Positions 59,975 to 64,000 of a stretch of DNA of 64,000 nt are shown piece by piece (position 1 is the stretch's first letter; each line of letters starts with the position of its first letter). Location of the stretch: contig OZ360220.1 in assembly GCA_977017645.1 (NCBI GenBank), positions 85,188,001 through 85,252,000 on the forward strand, read 5' to 3'. The translations under genes were made by a program, and so were the position numbers. A model generated the notes under the pieces. The model saw only the letters and a program-made list of their open reading frames with translations. It was not told where the DNA came from and did no database searches. Source of the DNA: Torpedo marmorata. Taxonomy: Eukaryota.

Positions 59975-60465
59975 GAGACTGCAAATGCTGGAACTTGAAG
60001 CTAAACACAATTTGTTGGAGGAACTCAGTGGGTCGAGCAGCATCAGTGGGTGAAAATGAACAGTCGAAGTTTCAGGTCAAAGCCCTTCATCAAGATTGGG
60101 GACATGGAGAAGAAAAACCAGTTTAAAGAGGACAGGATGGGAGGGGTAGGACAGGAGCTCAAGTGGGATTGGTGAACCAGGAGAGGTGAAACATGATGGA
60201 CAGATGCAGTAGATTGGCAGATGCCATACAAAGGGAGAGAGGCAAAGAAAACAGAGGGGACAGGTAGAGGAAGATGAGCCATACAGGATGGAGTGGGTGG
60301 TTAGAAGACAAAGGTTGCCAGTGCTGGAATCTGATAAGGAGAAGGTGAGAATGGTTGTATAAAGAAAGTCCAAATGGAACCGTCGTAGGGAGGGGGAAGA
60401 GAGCAGAAGAATCCCGTGGGAAAATAGGGGTGGAGGGGGATGGAAACAAAGAGGAAGGGGGTGGA
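59975..60465 (-). mobile_element. Penelope-type pLTR plus purine-rich spacer, diverged
   Basis: CTGCAAATGCTGG..GGAGGAACTCAGTGGGTCGAGCAGCATC..GTTTCAGGTCAAAGCCCTTCATCAAG. Confidence 0.7.
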
Positions 60466-60472
60466 AGTAAAT

Positions 60473-60668
60473 ACAGGTATACCCCGCTTTATGAATACTC
60501 GAATTACAAAAATTCACTTTTATGAAGAAAGCCGTGTTCGCTTTTACGAAAGGGTTTGAATGGGTTTTGCATGGGTTTTCGCTTTTACGAAAATAGCTTC
60601 CAATAGTAGTGAATGAGTCTTCGCTTTACGCCATTTAGGCTTACGAAAGGTTTCATAGGAACGCTCTA
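60473..60668. mobile_element. Tigger/pogo-like MITE fragment
   Basis: TA|CAGGTATACCCCGCTTTA terminus and repeated CTTTTACGAAA subterminal motifs; other end not found. Confidence 0.55.
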
Positions 60669-61144
60669 GTTCCATATTCTAAACAGGGCCAAAATGAATT
60701 TTACTTGACTGAGATCATTTGGTAAAAGTGGACTTGAAACAGCTAAAAGGTATGTTTGTCTTAGAACAAAGATCGGTATTTAAAAAGGAGTTTCAAGGGA
60801 TTCGGGATAAATGTGTTGTCACAAGGTCAAAGGGTCAGACTGCCAGATCTAGCCCTTAGATAACTAGAAAGTAGGATAAGGTAAAAAAAGAGATGTTAAT
60901 AATGCAAGATATTGAGAGCCTGAATGATATCCTGCTGAACGGCAAGATATCACCAATAGCTCTGAGCAGAAAGCTCGGCAAAAGGTAGTGGACACAGCCC
61001 AGTACTTCACAGGCAAAACTCTCTCCACCATCGAGAAAATCTTCTTTGAACGCTGCTGTCAGAGAGCAGTAGCAATCATCAAGGATCCACACCACCCAGG
61101 ACATGCTCTGTTCTCGCTGCTGCCATCAGGAAAGAGGTATAGGT

Positions 61145-61892
61145 CACTGGCGTCACTAGGGTTGGTGTCACCCAGTGTGGTAACCCTAACCCTAACCCTA
61201 ACCCTAACCCTAACCCAAATGAACCAAAGACACTACCTTACTTTTCGTGCTCTATTGTTTATAATTTTGTATAGTAATGTCGTTAGATGGTTAATATGAA
61301 TGTTAATTGCACTATGATGCTGCCGCAAAACACCGAATTTCATGACTTGTTCATGACAATAGATTCTGATTCTGATTCTGGTGTCACCCCCCACCCCATG
61401 GACCTCCTCCCATACCAGACCATATAGAATCCTTAGTAATGTTTTTTGTATTAATGTTACTCGTAAATCGTATATCACTGAATGTAATGGCAATAGTAGT
61501 GAGATAAACAACTAGCAAAATTAAAATTACACCTTTAAATTACAATATCACACGCACAGCAGCAACGAAAAGAACAGCGCGTGCTTGTAGCGCATGCAGA
61601 CGAAACCACATGATTCGAAGCGTCATTGTAATTGGGTAATTATGACAGCTCTGACCGGAGCACATTAGAAGGTTCAAAAAGTAAATTAGCATAGAGTTTT
61701 TGCCTTGTCGGTATATTGATACATGTAAGCCGGGCTTACGAAAAATGTTTTTGTTGTTATAACTAACTACAGGGATATTTTTATAAAAATAATAAATTTC
61801 CACTGAAACACTGCACAAAAATTTTATAGACAGTCATTTTGGTGTCACCCGGTGCGGTCTGCACCCCCCGCACCCCCCTAGTGACGCCAGTG
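61145..61892. mobile_element. Non-autonomous hAT element
   Basis: Perfect 17-bp TIR CACTGGCGTCACTAGGG / CCCTAGTGACGCCAGTG; 8-bp TSD GTATAGGT (61137-61144 and 61893-61900); subterminal GGTGTCACCC repeats. Confidence 0.93.
61181..61216. repeat. Interstitial telomeric repeat (TAACCC)6
   Basis: Six perfect units, directly upstream of a truncated Rex1 3' UTR (61217-61380). Confidence 0.95.
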
Positions 61893-62489
61893 GTATAGGT
61901 GCCATAAGACTCGCACCACCAGGTTCAGGAACAGTTTCTACCCCGCGACCATCAGACTCCCAAACAGCTAACTCAATCAGAGACTCATTGACTAATTTAA
62001 GGACTCTTACATTGCATTTTATTTATTACTGAATATTTATTTTCTGTATTGCACAGTTTGTTTGCACTTCCTTCTTGTTTACATTTCTCTCCTTTGTATA
62101 CGTATCTTTTCTTGAGTGCAAGTGAAAACACAATGCTGGAGAAACTCAGCAGTGTACTTTATATAGCAAAGATAAAGATACATAACCAACGTTTCAGGCT
62201 TGAGCCCTTCATCAAGGTATGAACAAAATGTAGGCAGGCGCCCGAACAAAAAGTTTTTTTTTTGCACTACCGAGAAGTTGAAATTCTGCCTGGCCTGCAG
62301 GAAAAAGCATCTCAGGGTTGTATGTGATGTCATGCATATACTCTGACAATAAATCTTAACTTTGAACTTTATAAACTTTATCCTCAGTGAATTTTTATCC
62401 CTTGGTCAGAGATCATGAGTTCAATTTGTGCTTCAAAAGTGTTAGTACATAATTTAGATTGATGTGCAGTATTAAAGAGTTAAACCAAA

Positions 62490-62760
62490 ATACTGCAGAT
62501 GCTGGAATCTGGAGTCAGGAACAACCTGTTGCAGGAACTCAGCAGGGTAAGCAGCATCAGTGGGAGAAGACAAGAAGGCATAGACTAGAAGGGCCGAAGT
62601 GGCCTGTTTCTGGGCTATAATGTTCTGTGGTTCTAAGAAGAATGGTCAATGTTTCGGGTCTGAACCATTCAGATCCAAAATGTTGACCATTCTTCTTCTC
62701 GCCCTACTGATGCTGCTCAGCCCACTGATTTCCTCCAGCAGGTTGTTTTTTGCTCCAGTA
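62490..62760. mobile_element. Palindromic pLTR-derived element with a short CR1 tail inserted at ~62578-62640
   Basis: Arms AACCTGTTGCAGGAACTCAGCAGGGTAAGCAGCATCAGTGGG / CCCTACTGATGCTGCTCAGCCCACTGATTTCCTCCAGCAGGTT; AAGAAG duplicated around the CR1 tail. Confidence 0.75.
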
Positions 62761-63334
62761 TTGAGGAATGATTCTCTGTTAGAGAAGCTGCTCATGAACC
62801 ACATTGAACCAATACCTTGTCAGGTGAACATGACCCCATCACCAGATCCAAGAGAGGCAATGCAGTCCAAATTGGCATTCCAGCCAATAGTTATCCCTCA
62901 ACCAACAACACAAAGCCATTATTTCTTTCGGCTATTTTTGGGACTTTGGTGTGTGCACAGTAGTTGAAACGATTCCCTAACAACACTTTAAAATTACTTT
63001 ATTGTTTTAAAGCATTTGGAGCATCTGGAGATCATTAATAGCCCTATATCATTGTCACCCCTTTTCTCCCTTATTATTACCCCAGTTTGTATGACCTTAT
63101 ACAATTTCTTCTGTTCTTATTATCTTGGTCCATTTCTCTAAATTAATTCTGTTGTGTAACTTCATCTTTTTATCGTACAATGGAGGGCACTGTGTTCCTG
63201 CACTGCAGAGTTCCCTTTTCACATTTCAGGATCTCTCTCCACCTTTATTTTTCTCCTTATCATGCCTTTGGGCAACTTCCAACTCCAAACTATTGTTTGG
63301 AAGCAATCTTTTGTCAGTGGAATATTAAATTATG

Positions 63335-63560
63335 GATGGCACGGTTAGCATAGTGGTTAGCAAAATGCCAGTGACCCAGGTACACATCCGTAAGGATTTG
63401 TAAGTCGTCTGCATGTCTGCGTGGGTTTCTTCTGGGTGCTCTGGTTCCTCCCATGTTCCATGGGTTAGTTAGTTAATTGGTCACATGGGTGTAATTGTGC
63501 GGCACAGTCTCGTGGCCAAAGAGCCTGTTCCCGTGATGTATCTCTAAAGTTAAACAAATT
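63335..63560 (+). mobile_element. Diverged HE1-like V-SINE
   Basis: GGCACGGTTAGCATAGTGGTTAG head; GTCTGCGTGGGTTTCTTCTGGGTGCTCTGGTTCCTCCCA. Confidence 0.82.
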
Positions 63561-63724
63561 AAATATGGTGTAATACCAATCATTGTTGATGAGAATTAAT
63601 TTAATTTATGTGAAATAATTACCACTGACATGAAGAATAAACCAAGCAATTTTAAAATAGTAGAAACCAAGGAAATATACCGTAATTTTCTTGTTACACT
63701 GTATTTTTTACTACTTGTTCAGCT

Positions 63725-63970
63725 TTAATTTTTTTTTAAAATTTTCAAGGTACAGCATGGTAACAGGCCCTTCTAATCCATAAGCCCATGCCACCCAAAT
63801 GCACTCATGTGACCTATTAACCTACTAACCCTGTACATCTTTGGAATGTGCGGAGAAACCAGAGGACGTGGAGGAAACACACACAGAAACTGGGAGAATG
63901 TACAAGCTCCTTACAGACAGCGCCAGACTCGAAACCCGGTCACTGGCGCTGCAATAGTGTTGTGCTCACC
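63725..63970 (-). mobile_element. Diverged HE1-like V-SINE
   Basis: TACAGCATGGTAACAGGCCC tail..GGGAGAATGTACAAGCTCCTTACAGACAGCGCC. Confidence 0.82.
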
Positions 63971-64000
63971 AGTATACAAAAAGTCAATCTGGATAAATTT

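Larger units (their letters stand above)
60980..62375 (+). mobile_element. Rex1-clade 3' end split by a hAT element (61145-61892) and a pLTR copy (~62120-62250)
   Basis: VVDTAQYFTGKTLSTIE..IIKDPHHPGHALFSLLPSGKRYR | CHKTRTTRFRNSFYPATIRL; 3' UTR as at 45680-45920. Confidence 0.88.

Overview
Eukaryotic vertebrate DNA, very probably from a cartilaginous fish (shark/ray): it carries HE1-like V-SINEs, CR1, Rex1 and Penelope remnants. No host protein-coding exon can be supported, so the window reads as intronic or intergenic DNA made mostly of nested transposable elements, with one 144-N assembly gap. Main elements: (1) an internally deleted env-bearing class-I endogenous retrovirus at 381-3545; (2) a decayed Gmr1-type Ty3/Gypsy element with integrase upstream of RT at 6090-12242; (3) an intact, very young Ty3/Gypsy element at 23320-28042 with apparently identical 248-bp LTRs, a 5-bp TSD and one 1365-aa gag-pol ORF. 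Element 3 has no tRNA-type primer-binding site; instead the sequence just inside its 5' LTR is complementary to the LTR's own AATAAA region (candidate self-priming or poly(A)-masking system), and it has an ETS/YY1/CRE motif array inside gag-pol. Also present: about nine Penelope-type termini with minimal hammerhead-ribozyme motifs, an unclassified 611-bp promoter-like insertion with a 7-bp TSD, a telomere-repeat-capped LINE insertion inside a hAT element, a doubly palindromic hAT MITE, a decayed Tc1, L1-clade fragments with 17-bp TSDs, and many CR1/Rex1/RTE/SINE fragments. All calls were made by eye; no database search was run, and boundaries of old repeats are approximate.
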